Below are positions 63,332 through 64,000 of a DNA stretch of 64,000 nucleotides, one piece after another. Made by a program: the position numbers and the translations under genes. Source of the stretch: Anolis carolinensis (taxonomy: Eukaryota); NCBI RefSeq assembly GCF_035594765.1, contig NW_026943819.1:14744703-14808702 (forward strand). The letters are read 5' to 3'. The notes beneath the pieces are model-generated. The model saw only the letters and a list, made by a program, of their open reading frames with translations. It searched no databases and was not told the DNA's origin. Position 1 is the first letter of the stretch. The number at the start of each line of letters is the position of its first letter.

Positions 63332-64000
63332 GTAAGATTATTTCATGCCTTTCTTTTCCTGTAGAGATTCTGATTTTGATTCCTAACTCATAATAAACCT
63401 GTGTTATTAGTTAAGAGGGGCTAGAATATTTATTCTTCTACTAGTAAGTGCCTTATATTCCCTGCCTACAAATATATATGTGCCATTTTACTCACTGAAT
63501 TGAGCCAGTAAGCATGTTGAAATCCATTGATAGGCTTCTATTTGCCAGTAAGTAAACAAGTGATGTTAAGTGTAATCACTTGCTCTTGAATAGTAATAAA
63601 ACAGGAAAAAGTATAGAATTAACCTTGCTGAAAGGAAGCCAGGTATATAAGGATCCAGTTGATGATCTCATATTGTAAGCTTATAGTTTACCTGTAATTT
63701 TAGAAACAGGTTGAAAGATCCAGTCATCAGAATAAAATTTGTTTGTAGTTTTCAGGTTTTCTCCTTTCATTTTCAAAAAGAATGACACTTCATCCATCAG
63801 TTAGCCTGTGTTTACTGAAGCCTAAGATTATACTTTGCCCCCATGCCATTGCTGTGTAACCAGTTGCTGCTATGAGATGCTGCCTGCTTTGCAGAAAATA
63901 TTGAGTTCATTTGCAGCAGAAAAGTGTTATAGTTGTATCTGACAAAGGTCACTGGCTTCTTTCTATAATAGCATATGGGATTTTGGGAAAGGGGGAGAGT

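Overview
Vertebrate genomic DNA, most likely a squamate reptile (anole-like). This is inferred from the repeat complement: Sauria-type SINEs, CR1, L1, RTE, Vingi, R4/Dong, Penelope, hAT and mariner MITEs, and Helitrons. The first ~46 kb hold a tandem array of four intact, leaderless IL-1 family cytokine genes on the minus strand, here called A (40045-44669), B (28658-33849), C (11158-18129) and D (1668-7588). Each was reconstructed by hand from four coding exons with GT-AG introns of phase 1/1/0. The ORF track shows them only in fragments. They resemble IL-36Ra/IL-38/IL-1Ra. All four share a short pro-region motif [ST]W[DN][EQ]E[IVM]xxLF followed by a hypervariable linker. The array lies head-to-head with OGDH (+ strand; CpG-island promoter ~53.4 kb, coding exons at 57185-57406 and 63143-63331, continuing beyond the window). 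Notable TE-gene interactions: two inverted solo LTRs bracket gene D; an L1 insertion displaced the conserved branch point of gene C's last intron; a hAT insertion duplicated gene A's stop codon; Penelope ends carry minimal hammerhead ribozymes; and an orphan exon-like segment lies between inverted Penelope ends. Two assembly gaps are present. All family names come from recalled motifs, not database searches.
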